The notes: generated from the sequence alone by a model not told the origin. Shown: positions 8,971 to 19,750, counted from the first letter of the stretch. The stretch is 64,000 nt of DNA from an uncultured bacterium (GCA_903829945.1 CAIKRV010000059.1:5897-69896), one strand, 5' to 3'. Numbers and translations: made by a program.

Positions 8971-9999
8971 TTATCTTAGTACAAGTTTTTGACCAGGATA
9001 AAGTTTTGAATTTCTATTGATTCCATTTACTTGCATTAATCTATTTACAGTAAGACCACCTTTAGTAGCTACGGAATAAATATTATCCCCTTTCCTTACG
9101 GTATAATATTTAGGCGCCTTTGCCGTGTATGCATAAGGATAATATTTTCCATGTACATATTTGCCTTTTTTAACTGCATAGGCGTTGTACCCACGATTAA
9201 AATAATTAAATGAATTTCTAGTGATAACTAGCGTATCGTTCTTTAATTTATAAGTACTGTCTTTGAAATCGATAAAAGTAGTAGGATCAATTGGCTGCCC
9301 AAGATATCTGGTTTCAAAGTGTAAATGAGGCCCGGTAGAAAATCCTGTTGAACCTCCGTATCCAATTAATTCGCCTGATTTAACTGATTGACCGGGTGAA
9401 ACTATCCTGCCACTTAAATGACCGTACAAAGTCTCTAAACCGTTGTAATGTCTAATAACAACACAATTTCCATAACCACCGGTATTATATGATGAGTATC
9501 TTACAATACCATCAAATGCAGCATAAACATTATCACCTTTATGTAAGGCAAGATCAACTCCAAAATGATAAGCAGAAGAATGACCGGTAAAATACCTACG
9601 CATAGCGCCCCTTTTGCCGGAACGTACATAATGATAACGAGGTGCCACTCTCACTCCGAAGCCTGAAGTAATAAACCCGGCGGCAGGAGCCATAAAGGCA
9701 CAATCATTATGATCAGCAAGTACTAGTGTCACTGTATCTTGCATATGAGTTAAATCAAAATGATAAGGATGAACTGAAGTAGTATCCCAAATAAGATAAT
9801 GATCGTGGAAAGGTAAAATAGAAGCTATATCAAAAACCGCTTGTGTTTGTTGAAAATCAGTAACCTTTACTGCTGTGGTATCAATAAGATTTTTAGCCGT
9901 ATCTATTAGTAAATCATTTGCATACAAATGATTAAACAAAATGGTACTGATAATCGTAAGGATAGTGGAGATCAATATAAATCTTTTTTTCCTGGTCAT
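8971..9999 (-). CDS. M23 family peptidase with C-terminal LysM domain
   Basis: HFGVDL (HxxxD), ETLYGHLS, GFSTGPHLHFE (HxH); LysM YTVRKGDNIYSVA...LYPGQKL. Confidence 0.93.
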   Translation of the reverse strand: MTRKKRFILISTILTIISTILFNHLYANDLLIDTAKNLIDTTAVKVTDFQQTQAVFDIASILPFHDHYLIWDTTSVHPYHFDLTHMQDTVTLVLADHNDCAFMAPAAGFITSGFGVRVAPRYHYVRSGKRGAMRRYFTGHSSAYHFGVDLALHKGDNVYAAFDGIVRYSSYNTGGYGNCVVIRHYNGLETLYGHLSGRIVSPGQSVKSGELIGYGGSTGFSTGPHLHFETRYLGQPIDPTTFIDFKDSTYKLKNDTLVITRNSFNYFNRGYNAYAVKKGKYVHGKYYPYAYTAKAPKYYTVRKGDNIYSVATKGGLTVNRLMQVNGINRNSKLYPGQKLVLR

Positions 10000-10010
10000 G
10001 CAGTAGTTGT

Positions 10011-10940
10011 TTAAATGTTTAAAATCCTCAGAGCCAATTCTTTGTCAAGAATTAACTGTTTTTTCAACGCATCTACATTTGCAAAAGTAAGCTCATTTCT
10101 TAACTTATCCATGAAAAACACCGATATTTTTGCGTCATATATCATCTCGTTGAACTCAAATATATTGACTTCCAAGGTCTTATCTTTTCCTTGGAAGGTT
10201 GGACGATAACCTAGATTGGCCATGCCATAATACTTTTTACCGTCAACTAAAATTTGAACCACATATACTCCGGTGGCCGGCAATAATTTATAGGTTTCAT
10301 CGATACTTACATTTGCAGTAGGAAATCCTATCGTTCTTCCTCTCTCATCTCCATGTCGTATTATTCCTGAAACATTATAAAAATAGCCTAGATATTCTGC
10401 GGCCTTTTTTACATCACCTTCAATTAATGCTTTGCGGATCTTTGTGGAGCTAATAGAAATATTATCGATTTGTTCTGCCGGAACCCGCACCAATTCAAAA
10501 TTATATAATGGAGCGCATTCTGCTAATTGTTCAAAAGAACCTTCCCTGTTTTTTCCAAAATGATGATCATGTCCAATGACCAAAACCTTAACATGAAGTT
10601 TTTCTACGAGAATTGTCCTAATAAATTCCAAATAACTTAATCTGGAAAAAGCTTGTGTAAAAGGAAGAATAATTAAATTATCAATCCCTGCCTCTTCTAA
10701 AAGTAATATTTTCTCTTCTAAGGTATTTAATAACTTAAGTTCATTATTGAATGGTTGTAAAATCATTCTAGGATGTGGCCAAAAAGTTAATACCATACTT
10801 TCTCCGCCATATTGATGCTTTGCTCTTTGCAAAATATCTAAAATAGAACGATGACCTTTGTGTACCCCGTCAAATGTACCAATCGTAACAACTTGACCTT
10901 CAAAATCAGGTAATTCATCTATGTTTTTATAGATATTCAT
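10011..10940 (-). CDS. ribF: Bifunctional riboflavin kinase/FAD synthetase
   Basis: TIGTFDGVHKGH, ISSTKIR, GRTIGFPTAN, G.RPTF, LEVNIF. Confidence 0.97.
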   Translation of the reverse strand: MNIYKNIDELPDFEGQVVTIGTFDGVHKGHRSILDILQRAKHQYGGESMVLTFWPHPRMILQPFNNELKLLNTLEEKILLLEEAGIDNLIILPFTQAFSRLSYLEFIRTILVEKLHVKVLVIGHDHHFGKNREGSFEQLAECAPLYNFELVRVPAEQIDNISISSTKIRKALIEGDVKKAAEYLGYFYNVSGIIRHGDERGRTIGFPTANVSIDETYKLLPATGVYVVQILVDGKKYYGMANLGYRPTFQGKDKTLEVNIFEFNEMIYDAKISVFFMDKLRNELTFANVDALKKQLILDKELALRILNI

Positions 10941-11629
10941 GAAATAGATTCCGCATTTCTGAGCATGTTCAATTTTTCAATAAGCAATTCCATTTCCCAG
11001 GCATTTTCTAATTTATAATTCCCAATACTGGTTCTGGTTAATTGATCCAAATATGCGCCAACTCCCAGAAACTTTCCAAAATCATTGGCCAAAGAACGAA
11101 TATAAGTCCCCTTGCTACAATGAACCCTGAATGAAAGTAAAGGTCCTTCAATTTTTGTGATTTCAAAAGCAAAAATTTCTTGTTGACGCTTTTTCAGTTC
11201 AATGGCTTTGCCTGCTCTGGCTAAATCATATGAACGTTTACCATCCACTTTTATTGCAGAATAAACGGGAGGAACTTGTTCTATAATGCCAACAAAAGAT
11301 TTTGCAGCATCCATTATTTTTTCAATTCCTATTTCACTGATATCCCAGGTCTGATCAATAGCTGTTTCCTTATCAAAGGAAGGTCTCGTGGCACCTAAAT
11401 ATATAATCCCGGTATATTCTTTTGATAATTCTTGAAGGCCGGTCAATTTCTTTGTAAATGCACCCGTAGCTACTAACATTAATCCATCAGCCAACGGATC
11501 TAAAGTTCCTCCATGTCCAATTTTTGCTCGGGTGATCCCTCTGATTTTTCTTACCACATCAAAGGAAGTCCATTCTAGTGGTTTATCCACTAAAAATAAG
11601 TAACCTGAACGAATTTCATCTAAAGTCAA
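10937..11629 (-). CDS. truB: tRNA pseudouridine(55) synthase
   Basis: DKPLEWTSFDVV, KIGHGGTLDPLA, PPVYSAIKVDGKRSY, CSKGTYIRSLA; TTG start; 4-nt overlap with ribF. Confidence 0.96.
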   Translation of the reverse strand: MTLDEIRSGYLFLVDKPLEWTSFDVVRKIRGITRAKIGHGGTLDPLADGLMLVATGAFTKKLTGLQELSKEYTGIIYLGATRPSFDKETAIDQTWDISEIGIEKIMDAAKSFVGIIEQVPPVYSAIKVDGKRSYDLARAGKAIELKKRQQEIFAFEITKIEGPLLSFRVHCSKGTYIRSLANDFGKFLGVGAYLDQLTRTSIGNYKLENAWEMELLIEKLNMLRNAESIS

Positions 11630-11706
11630 AATGGAATGTGTAAAAAATGAAAAAAAGGGTAATTGTAAAATTACAAATACCCATTATCTTTTTAGAAATC
11701 AAAGAA

Positions 11707-11982
11707 TTATTCCTTAATTTTTGGTCTCTTCATGATGGCGTATATATTAAAAATATATCCCGCTAGCATCACTATTGTTGATAAATGCAATTTGCGAAAA
11801 CTCATTACATCCTCAGTACCGGACATTAATAGCAATCCTAAAATAATTAAGCCTGTACCTATTCCAAACATTACATAATTCTCCTTAGAGAATGGGAATT
11901 CTTTTTCTTCCGTATGGGAAACTGCAGTATGCTTAGCCGTTGCAGTTTTTGAATGTTGTGCTTTTTCAATTTTCTTTGCCAT
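11707..11982 (-). CDS. DUF3098-like small membrane protein
   Basis: FPFSKENY, two TM helices, GLLLMSG; follows ftsX as is typical in Bacteroidota. Confidence 0.8.
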   Translation of the reverse strand: MAKKIEKAQHSKTATAKHTAVSHTEEKEFPFSKENYVMFGIGTGLIILGLLLMSGTEDVMSFRKLHLSTIVMLAGYIFNIYAIMKRPKIKE

Positions 11983-11993
11983 AGTTTGCAAAT

Positions 11994-12848
11994 TTAAAAT
12001 AAATCATCGAGTTTGAGCCTTAAGTAACGATTTATTGCAAAATAGCTGCTCATTAAACATATTCCTAAGCTCAAAATTATTATCCCTAACATCACTAAAC
12101 TTAAGGTAACATAATTTTCAATTACATGATTAACAGGAAAATACATTCCCATTACCTTTAAGCTAATCCAAAGGAGTACACATGCAAATATTCCTCCTCC
12201 TAAGCCAATCATGAATCCCGATTTTAAAAATGGTTTCATGATAAAACCTCGGGTAGCCCCTACAAATTGCATACTCTTAATAATAAAACGCTTACTATAC
12301 ATCATTAGACGTACCGTATTATTAATTAAAGCTATGCTAATCAAACTCATAAGAATAGCAAGGGCTAATAATACCCAGCCCAAACGGGCAATATTCCGGT
12401 CTATATTTTTAACCATTTGTGCATCATAGGATACTTCTCTAACATTTTTCAAATTCTCAAATTCCTTTTTTATAAGACTTAAGCTATCCTCTGAAACGTA
12501 AAAATCCTTAAAATGAATTTCAAGAGTTTTGGGAATAGGATTAAAACCCAATAAGCTGTCAGGCTTTTCACCAACATTATTACTTATTAACTTTAATCCA
12601 TCTTCCTTTGAAATATATTTCGATGATAATATAAAACTTCTATGTTTAAATTCATTTTGTAGCCCTTGTATTAAAGAATCGTTTGCCTCATCACGAAAAT
12701 AAATGCTCATCGGAACATCTTCCTTAATGGCCTTCTTTAATCGATTGGCTTCAATTAAAAATATCGATAAAAATCCAAGGACAAATATAACCAAGCTCGT
12801 ACTTAAAAAAGCTGGCAGAAAGGATATATTTGTTCTAAAACTCGACAT
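11994..12848 (-). CDS. ftsX: Cell division permease FtsX
   Basis: STSLVIFVLG, YISKEDG, LLGFNPI, LINNTVRLMMYSKRFIIKSMQFVGATRGFI. Confidence 0.92.
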   Translation of the reverse strand: MSSFRTNISFLPAFLSTSLVIFVLGFLSIFLIEANRLKKAIKEDVPMSIYFRDEANDSLIQGLQNEFKHRSFILSSKYISKEDGLKLISNNVGEKPDSLLGFNPIPKTLEIHFKDFYVSEDSLSLIKKEFENLKNVREVSYDAQMVKNIDRNIARLGWVLLALAILMSLISIALINNTVRLMMYSKRFIIKSMQFVGATRGFIMKPFLKSGFMIGLGGGIFACVLLWISLKVMGMYFPVNHVIENYVTLSLVMLGIIILSLGICLMSSYFAINRYLRLKLDDLF

Positions 12849-12850
12849 TA

Positions 12851-14182
12851 TTATTTAATTTCTACTTCTGTTTCTTTAAAAATTATTCCTGATTCTTTTA
12901 GGCCCTTTAGTAAGGGGTCATAAACTTCTGGAATTATTGGCAAAAGTACACCTTTCGCATGAATTTTCCCGTGTGCAATTAAATCTGCCGCTAAAGCCAG
13001 TGGCATGCCCACCGTACGGGCCATGGCTGTTTGTTGCTCATCTTCCCCTGTTATATCCAATACAGATTGCAATTGAAATCGCATTCCCGATTTGCTGTAA
13101 GTAAACTCATGGATCATTACTACCCTATCTTTATCCTCAGTAGATAATTTCCATTTTTGTTCTAACAATATTTGTAAAAGCTGAGCCGGCGTTCCTGAAT
13201 TAATGGGCAATAATTCAGTATTGTTAAATCCTAACCATGATATCGCTGCAATTTCTTCCTCCGTTGGATAATCATTTATAATTTTATAAAAATTATAGGA
13301 TATATCCTTTTCCGGATCAGGCATAAACGAAGCAAAAAAGTCCTTCCAACTTAATTTTAATAATCCTTCTAAGGCGATTTTATCATTGGTAATTCCGGTA
13401 TTAACTAAAAACTGCCATAAGCGGGCAAATCCATGATATCTTAAGGTGCCTCTTACAAATGTTTTTATTCCAACTAAACCGTATAAATGAATATAAGGAA
13501 AAGAATTTCTATTTAAATAGGCATCAAAATTTCCAGAGTTTTTAGTAACGATTAATTCAGCTTCTGAAAATAATCTGTTATAAGGTAAAAACTTATTTTT
13601 CCCATCCAATAAACAAATTCCTCCGTCCTGACCGGAACGAATAATATTGTACGGATTCCAACTTATTTTATAATGCCAAGGATTATTATCACTTTCACTT
13701 GCAATTAAACCGCCACAATAAGATTTAAAACTTTCAATTTCTGCTCCCTCTGATTTAAGTCGAGCAATAATACTCATGGCCGACATATGATCAATTCCCG
13801 GGTCCAATCCTAATTCATTTAAAAATATTAAACCTGCCTTTGTTACTGCTTCATTCATTGAATTTAATTCGGCGGAAATATAGGATGGTGTTAATAAATG
13901 CTTTTTATGATGCAAACAATCCATTGCCAGTAGATCGTGGAATCGAGCGGGTAAAAGTGAAATAATAATATCATTTTTTGCTACTAAGCCTTCACGTTGC
14001 GTCTGGTCAAGCACATCGGATAAAAGAATATTTACTTTAGGGAATTTTTCACGACATTTTCCCAAGGCTTCCGGTGAAGAATCCGTTATCGTCAAATTCC
14101 ATGATTTACCATGTTTTTTGGCCAAATACGAGATCGTATACCAAGCACTTCGTCCTGAACCAAAAATCAATATATTTTTCAT
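12851..14182 (-). CDS. Saccharopine dehydrogenase family protein
   Basis: Rossmann GSGRS, LLTPSYI, NELGLDPGIDHMSA, FKSYCGGL, YKISWNP, RGTLRY, AMARTVGMP. Confidence 0.92.
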   Translation of the reverse strand: MKNILIFGSGRSAWYTISYLAKKHGKSWNLTITDSSPEALGKCREKFPKVNILLSDVLDQTQREGLVAKNDIIISLLPARFHDLLAMDCLHHKKHLLTPSYISAELNSMNEAVTKAGLIFLNELGLDPGIDHMSAMSIIARLKSEGAEIESFKSYCGGLIASESDNNPWHYKISWNPYNIIRSGQDGGICLLDGKNKFLPYNRLFSEAELIVTKNSGNFDAYLNRNSFPYIHLYGLVGIKTFVRGTLRYHGFARLWQFLVNTGITNDKIALEGLLKLSWKDFFASFMPDPEKDISYNFYKIINDYPTEEEIAAISWLGFNNTELLPINSGTPAQLLQILLEQKWKLSTEDKDRVVMIHEFTYSKSGMRFQLQSVLDITGEDEQQTAMARTVGMPLALAADLIAHGKIHAKGVLLPIIPEVYDPLLKGLKESGIIFKETEVEIK

Positions 14183-14205
14183 ACTAATTATTAAATGCCA
14201 TATTA

Positions 14206-16701
14206 TTAGAATGGATATCCAATACCAATATTCAAATTCATTTTATCAGCTAAGTTCGGCATGCTATAGTATTTGGTATAAACCCACCTGTCCTTTTCGT
14301 TTAAGGCAGGGTCACGCATGGGAACGGCCACATCAAACCTAAATACAAAAAAACTAAAATCGAACCGTAACCCCGCACCAGATCCTATTGCAATTTCCTT
14401 ATAAAATCGATCTATTGCAAAATTTGCTCCGGGGCGCAAAGGATCTTCCCTATCTAGCCATACATTTCCATAATCCGTAAAAATGGCTCCTTTGATAAAA
14501 CTAAAAATTGGAAAGCGATATTCAAAACTTCCTTCAAATTTAAAATCACCACTTTTATCATAAATTACACCGGTCGGGCTTTGAAAACTTCCCGGACCTA
14601 AATCTCTTGGACGCCAAGCGCGAATACTATTGGCACCTCCTACATAATATCGTTTTTCGAATGGCAATATCGTGGACGGTGCAAACGGAACCCCCAGACC
14701 TATGGCAATACGAGCCGCCAAATTATCAGATTTAATTACCGGCATATAGCCTCTTAAATCCAAATCAATTTTTGAATAGGTAAAATATTTTATCCCTAAT
14801 ATTTTTCTGGTCACATCACCATTATTGGAGGATTGCTTATCGAATAAATAATCAATGGCACTCGGAATAAATCCGCCAATTTCTGCGCCTAATCTAAAAA
14901 CAGTAAATGGTTTTACTACATTGGTGATGGGTTGTAAATTATATAAATAAGCAAATCTGAAATCGGTAATAATATGCTGATCAAACAAATTTAAAATCAA
15001 AGGATCATCCGGTAATTTTAATAAGGGACTGGCATGAGCATTGATCAAACTAATTTCTACGGGTGTAATAAAATATCGTTGATTATTTTTAGTCACCTGC
15101 CAGGTCAAATTAGTGCTACCTGTAGTTCGATTATAAAATCCATTATGTTCAAAAAGTAAATTAAGATTAAAAGAAGTAACAGCCGGCAAACTTCCGTCTT
15201 TATTTATTTGATTAAACGGCCAAAAATGTGGATAGTAAAGTAACTTAGGAAAAATAAGCGAATTGTTTAATCCTAATTGATAATTTAAAAGTGAAGGTAC
15301 GGGTTTTAAAAAGTGTAAAGTATCAAAAGGCACTTCCACCGCTGCACGTAATTGTGTTTCGAATTGCAAGGCACTATGCGCTAAATTTCTATTTAATAAG
15401 GAGGAAGAAACAGCAAAACCGTAAAGTGTACTGTAATTATTAGTAATGGCTCTATCGCCTTCTTCTGTTCGGTTTAATTCAAATGAATTAACCGTTTTAT
15501 ATTTCTCAGCCGGGGTCATTCTGATATAACAATTCAGTTCACCGGTATCCCCTACTATTTCTTTATTTTCAATATAACGAATATCAACAAATTTAAAACT
15601 TCCTAATTGCGCCAAACGTGCCAAGGTACTTCTTTTTACATCTTCCCTAAATATGCTATTAGGTTTTATATAAATAAAATCACAGATTACTTTTGGACGA
15701 ACTTGTAAATCGGAACTCACAAAAACATATCCATTGTATAAGGTTTTAGCTTTGATACTAGTATCACCAAGCGCATATTCAGGTTCAATAATAACATCTT
15801 TTACTCGATAAATCTTATGTTTATCCCCATCCACAGGATTATAAATAATCATTTTTAATGGCATGGAATCCCCGGCTACATTCATAGTATCAGAGGCAAA
15901 ATTGAAATATTGTTGTTTAAATTTATAATAACCTCTATTGGAAAGTAAATTGTAAACCCTATTTTCTTCGCGTAATAATAAATCTTTCGTAAATGGGCTG
16001 CCTTTTGATATTAAGGCTACTGAGGTATCTCTATAAATTAAATTGGTAATAGCTGAATCTTCAGCTTTAATTTCATACTTGGTAATAAAAAACTGATTGC
16101 CGGGATTGCATTGAAAGTAAATATTAGCCCTGCTTCCATGAACAAAAACATTAAAAGTAACTTTGGCTTGGAAATATCCTTTATCCCAAAGATAATCAGT
16201 CATTTGCCTTGCAGAAACCCTTAGCATTTCGGAATCCATCAAAACTGGCGCATCTACAGCTGCTGCTACCTCTTCTGCCTTGGTTGTTTCGTTCTCGAGT
16301 TTCCTTTGTAAGGATGCAATATGTTTTTGTGCCTTCCTCTTCTGCTTATCAGTTAAATTGGGCTCATTTTGAGTATAATCAAGCTTTAATTGCTTCAATT
16401 CAGCATTTAATTTTTTAATACGTTCACCCCGTTTAAAAATTGCATCAACAGTACTGCTAAATATTAAATACCGCCACATATTCCAACGATATACAAACAA
16501 TAATCGGGCATTAGGCTTTTGCTTTGATAAATTATAAAGGGCATCATTCATGCCATTTGGTTCACCCTTAATATTAACTTTGTTGACCAAATAACTATGC
16601 TTAGGTATATACTTTTTGATGCTGCATGATTGCTCCATGCAAGTTAGCACCAGTAGTATTACCGGAATTAGGGTCTTAAAAAAGAAAGAATATGCTCTCA
16701 A
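14206..16701 (-). CDS. Omp85/BamA-TamA family outer-membrane lipoprotein (TamL-like)
   Basis: Lipoprotein signal ending EQSC, POTRA-like region, YYVGGANSIRAW, GDFKFEGSFEYRF, GAGLRFDFSFFVFRFD, C-terminal IGIGYPF. Confidence 0.9.
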   Translation of the reverse strand: MRAYSFFFKTLIPVILLVLTCMEQSCSIKKYIPKHSYLVNKVNIKGEPNGMNDALYNLSKQKPNARLLFVYRWNMWRYLIFSSTVDAIFKRGERIKKLNAELKQLKLDYTQNEPNLTDKQKRKAQKHIASLQRKLENETTKAEEVAAAVDAPVLMDSEMLRVSARQMTDYLWDKGYFQAKVTFNVFVHGSRANIYFQCNPGNQFFITKYEIKAEDSAITNLIYRDTSVALISKGSPFTKDLLLREENRVYNLLSNRGYYKFKQQYFNFASDTMNVAGDSMPLKMIIYNPVDGDKHKIYRVKDVIIEPEYALGDTSIKAKTLYNGYVFVSSDLQVRPKVICDFIYIKPNSIFREDVKRSTLARLAQLGSFKFVDIRYIENKEIVGDTGELNCYIRMTPAEKYKTVNSFELNRTEEGDRAITNNYSTLYGFAVSSSLLNRNLAHSALQFETQLRAAVEVPFDTLHFLKPVPSLLNYQLGLNNSLIFPKLLYYPHFWPFNQINKDGSLPAVTSFNLNLLFEHNGFYNRTTGSTNLTWQVTKNNQRYFITPVEISLINAHASPLLKLPDDPLILNLFDQHIITDFRFAYLYNLQPITNVVKPFTVFRLGAEIGGFIPSAIDYLFDKQSSNNGDVTRKILGIKYFTYSKIDLDLRGYMPVIKSDNLAARIAIGLGVPFAPSTILPFEKRYYVGGANSIRAWRPRDLGPGSFQSPTGVIYDKSGDFKFEGSFEYRFPIFSFIKGAIFTDYGNVWLDREDPLRPGANFAIDRFYKEIAIGSGAGLRFDFSFFVFRFDVAVPMRDPALNEKDRWVYTKYYSMPNLADKMNLNIGIGYPF

Positions 16702-17426
16702 AACAGCAAATAAAAATTATACGTGGACTTCAGCTTAAAAAAAATAGGATGCAGTCCGGACTATTTATATGCGAAGGTGCAAAAATAGTACATGAGTTAT
16801 TGCATTCAAGCTTAAAAATAAACAAAATATATGCCTTAAAAGAATGGATTATAAAAAATGAGGGCTTTTTAGGTGATAAAAATATCGTTCAAGAAATTAG
16901 CTCCAATGAATTACTTCAAATTAGCGAGCTGAGTACACCCAATGAGGTTTTGGCAATGGTACATATTCCGGAACAAAAGTTGCAATCCACTTCAAAACTT
17001 GGATTGGCTTTAGATAGTATCCGTGACCCCGGTAACTTAGGTACCATTATTAGAATAGCAGATTGGTATGGTTTAAGCCAACTTATTTGTTCTGAGGATT
17101 GTGCAGATGCCTATAACGCAAAAGTGGTACAAGCAAGTATGGGTAGTTTATTTAGGATTCAAATACATTACCTTCCCTTAATACCCTATTTAAAGAACCT
17201 AAAAACACCAATTTATGGTGCTGCACTGAACAATAGTGAAAACTTACACACCTTTAAAGGCAAAAAATCAGGCACCTTAATTATTGGAAATGAATCAAAT
17301 GGATTAAGCGACGAAGTTTTGGCTGCATGTGATGTTCGTTTGCATATTCCAAGGTTTGGCAAAGCGGAATCATTAAATGCCGCTATTGCCACCGGGATAT
17401 TCTTGGATACCATGATAAAGTGGTAA
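16692..17426 (+). CDS. TrmH/SpoU family RNA 2'-O-methyltransferase
   Basis: LDSIRDPGNLGTIIRIADW, IIGNESNG, IPRFGKAESLNAAIA. Confidence 0.93.
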   Translation: MLSKQQIKIIRGLQLKKNRMQSGLFICEGAKIVHELLHSSLKINKIYALKEWIIKNEGFLGDKNIVQEISSNELLQISELSTPNEVLAMVHIPEQKLQSTSKLGLALDSIRDPGNLGTIIRIADWYGLSQLICSEDCADAYNAKVVQASMGSLFRIQIHYLPLIPYLKNLKTPIYGAALNNSENLHTFKGKKSGTLIIGNESNGLSDEVLAACDVRLHIPRFGKAESLNAAIATGIFLDTMIKW

Positions 17427-17461
17427 TCAAAACACTCTCAATTATTTTAATCCTAAAAAGC

Positions 17462-18919
17462 CTATTGTCCCTGGGCCAAGGAATAGCCTTTAAGGCTACC
17501 GTAATCCTTTAAAAAGGAAATATCTTCAATTTGAATATTTGTAGAAAGATTTTCACAAATTCCTAATAAATATCCCCTTGTGGGCACAAAATTATCTTGA
17601 GATTCAATACGACAGCAATATTGCACCACGCTATCCGTAAAAACGGAGGCGGTGGGCCAAACTTGTGTACCTCTATTTGAAATAACCGTTAATTTCAATT
17701 GATTTGGCAGTAATGGTTGGATTAATGAAGCAATTTCAGAAGCTTGAGAATCACTTGTTATAAATAAATCCATGCCTACCAGTTTTTCCACCGGTTGTTC
17801 ATTACTGACCATTATATTAATGGCTGCGGGACGAACCGGAGGAATAAATTCAAAATCCTCTCCCGCAGATTTTACAACCGGTGATTCTGTAGGTAATTTG
17901 CCTAAATTTTTAATAATGGCATTTGCAAATTCGTCGGTATTTACAGACTGTGAACCTGCTGCACCAAAATCACCAGTGTGAACCCCGGTTTCTAAAGTAT
18001 ATAAAAGTGCATTTTCAATTTTATCGGCATAAGAAATCAACCCGACATGTCTTAGCATCATGATACCGCTAAAAAGTAATGAGGTAGGATTGGCTAATTT
18101 CTTACCAGCAATATCTGGAGCCGTGCCATGCACTGCTTCAAAAATGGAAATAAAATCTCCAATGTTTGCACTGGGAGCAAAACCAAGTCCACCAACTAAA
18201 CCGGCACATAAATCAGAAATAATATCTCCTTGCAAGTTTGTTAGGGCAACCAATTGAAAGGAATCAGGTTGACGAACTAATTTCATAGCCAAATCATCAA
18301 CTATTAAATCATTAACATCAATACCTGGATATTCTTTGGCAATTTCATAAAAAGTATTCATCAAAATACCATCAGTAAATTTCATAATATTGCTCTTGTG
18401 CCCGCAAGTAACTTTGGTTATGCCTTCACGTTTTGCATATTCAAAAACATAACGCACAAATTGCTCAGTGCCTTTTTTTGAAATCAGACGATAAGAAACC
18501 GAAACATCAAAATTTTGCATGTACTCAATGCCACCATAAGTATCTTCAATATTCTCGCGAAGTATGGTCATATTAATGGGAATGCCTGCTCTGGAAAAAA
18601 CAGTATCCACGCCTTTAATTGTTCTAAATTTTCTAACATTGGCATAGGTATTCCAAAGCTTTCTGGCAGTAACATTAATACTTTTTACGCCTTTACCTTT
18701 TGGAGTTTCCATGGGGCCTTTAAAGAGAATACCAAGTTTTTCTATGGTTTCTCTGGCCTCAGGGGGCATACCGGTGCTGTATCCTTGATCGAATATAGCA
18801 CGACTCATAGCTACCGGCTGATATTTTAAAGGTACTTGTGCTGCATTAAAAATTGATAATACGGCTTCCATAATTTCCGGTCCTATTCCATCCCCCGGAG
18901 CAATTGCAATTGTTGTCAT
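17462..18919 (-). CDS. icd: Isocitrate dehydrogenase (long form with C-terminal extension), copy 1
   Basis: GDGIGPEI, KSINVTARK, RENIEDTY, HKSNIMK, NLQGDIISD, FEAVHGTAPDIAG, ISNRG, YSLAQGQ. Confidence 0.9.
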   Translation of the reverse strand: MTTIAIAPGDGIGPEIMEAVLSIFNAAQVPLKYQPVAMSRAIFDQGYSTGMPPEARETIEKLGILFKGPMETPKGKGVKSINVTARKLWNTYANVRKFRTIKGVDTVFSRAGIPINMTILRENIEDTYGGIEYMQNFDVSVSYRLISKKGTEQFVRYVFEYAKREGITKVTCGHKSNIMKFTDGILMNTFYEIAKEYPGIDVNDLIVDDLAMKLVRQPDSFQLVALTNLQGDIISDLCAGLVGGLGFAPSANIGDFISIFEAVHGTAPDIAGKKLANPTSLLFSGIMMLRHVGLISYADKIENALLYTLETGVHTGDFGAAGSQSVNTDEFANAIIKNLGKLPTESPVVKSAGEDFEFIPPVRPAAINIMVSNEQPVEKLVGMDLFITSDSQASEIASLIQPLLPNQLKLTVISNRGTQVWPTASVFTDSVVQYCCRIESQDNFVPTRGYLLGICENLSTNIQIEDISFLKDYGSLKGYSLAQGQ

Positions 18920-18943
18920 TAAAATTAAAAAATATTTTTTAAA

Positions 18944-19738
18944 CTAGTTTATTACTTTTGAAAACACTTCCAGAAATTCCGGCTGAATCAGACCGTTGGA
19001 TGCTACAATCTCACGACCATGCAAATAATCATGAGCTCCTTTAAAATCATTCACCCTTCCTCCTGCTTTTTCCACCAAATAGGCACCGGCCGCTACATCC
19101 CAAGGACTCAGTCCATATTCATAAAAGCCATCACATCTACCACAAGCTACATAGGCCAAATCCATCGCTGCCGAGCCAAGCCTTCTAAGTCCATGAGTTC
19201 TTTTCATAAATTCTTTCAGAATATCAATGTATGCATCAAGCCTGGATAAATCTACCACTGGAAATCCAGTAGCTAATAAAGAGTCCTCTAAATGTTGTGC
19301 ACCGGATACAGAAATTGGTTTGCCATTCATTGTTGCACCGGGCATCCCCTCATGGGCAATATAACATTCATCACTGTTTAATTCATAAATAATACCCAAT
19401 ACTGTTTTGGCATTAATTTGTAATGCCACACTTATACAATACATTGGAAGGCCGTGAACCAAATTGGTAGTTCCATCAATCGGATCAATAATCCACAGAA
19501 TCTCATTCGGTTCATGTTGATTGAAATTTTCTTCCGCTAAAAAATGAGAATTAGGTAATATTTTTTTAAATCCATTGACCAATCTCTCTTCTGAGCCTAA
19601 ATCAATAGAAGTAACAAGGCTACTATCAGCTTTGCTCATTACGTGCTTTATTTCCCAAGATAATCTTTCCTTTTTTATCCAAGCCGCAGTATTACGTACA
19701 ACCTTTTCTGCTTCATTGGCTATAAACAAATAATCCAT
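18944..19738 (-). CDS. suhB: Inositol monophosphatase family protein
   Basis: WIIDPIDGTTNL, RRLGSAAMDLAYVACGR, WDVAAG. Confidence 0.93.
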   Translation of the reverse strand: MDYLFIANEAEKVVRNTAAWIKKERLSWEIKHVMSKADSSLVTSIDLGSEERLVNGFKKILPNSHFLAEENFNQHEPNEILWIIDPIDGTTNLVHGLPMYCISVALQINAKTVLGIIYELNSDECYIAHEGMPGATMNGKPISVSGAQHLEDSLLATGFPVVDLSRLDAYIDILKEFMKRTHGLRRLGSAAMDLAYVACGRCDGFYEYGLSPWDVAAGAYLVEKAGGRVNDFKGAHDYLHGREIVASNGLIQPEFLEVFSKVIN

Positions 19739-19742
19739 GTTG

Positions 19743-19750
19743 CAAAGTTA
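19743..19750 (-). promoter_or_regulatory. -7 element (TAACTTTG) 4 nt from the suhB start codon
   Basis: TAACTTTG-CAAC-ATG. Confidence 0.7.
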
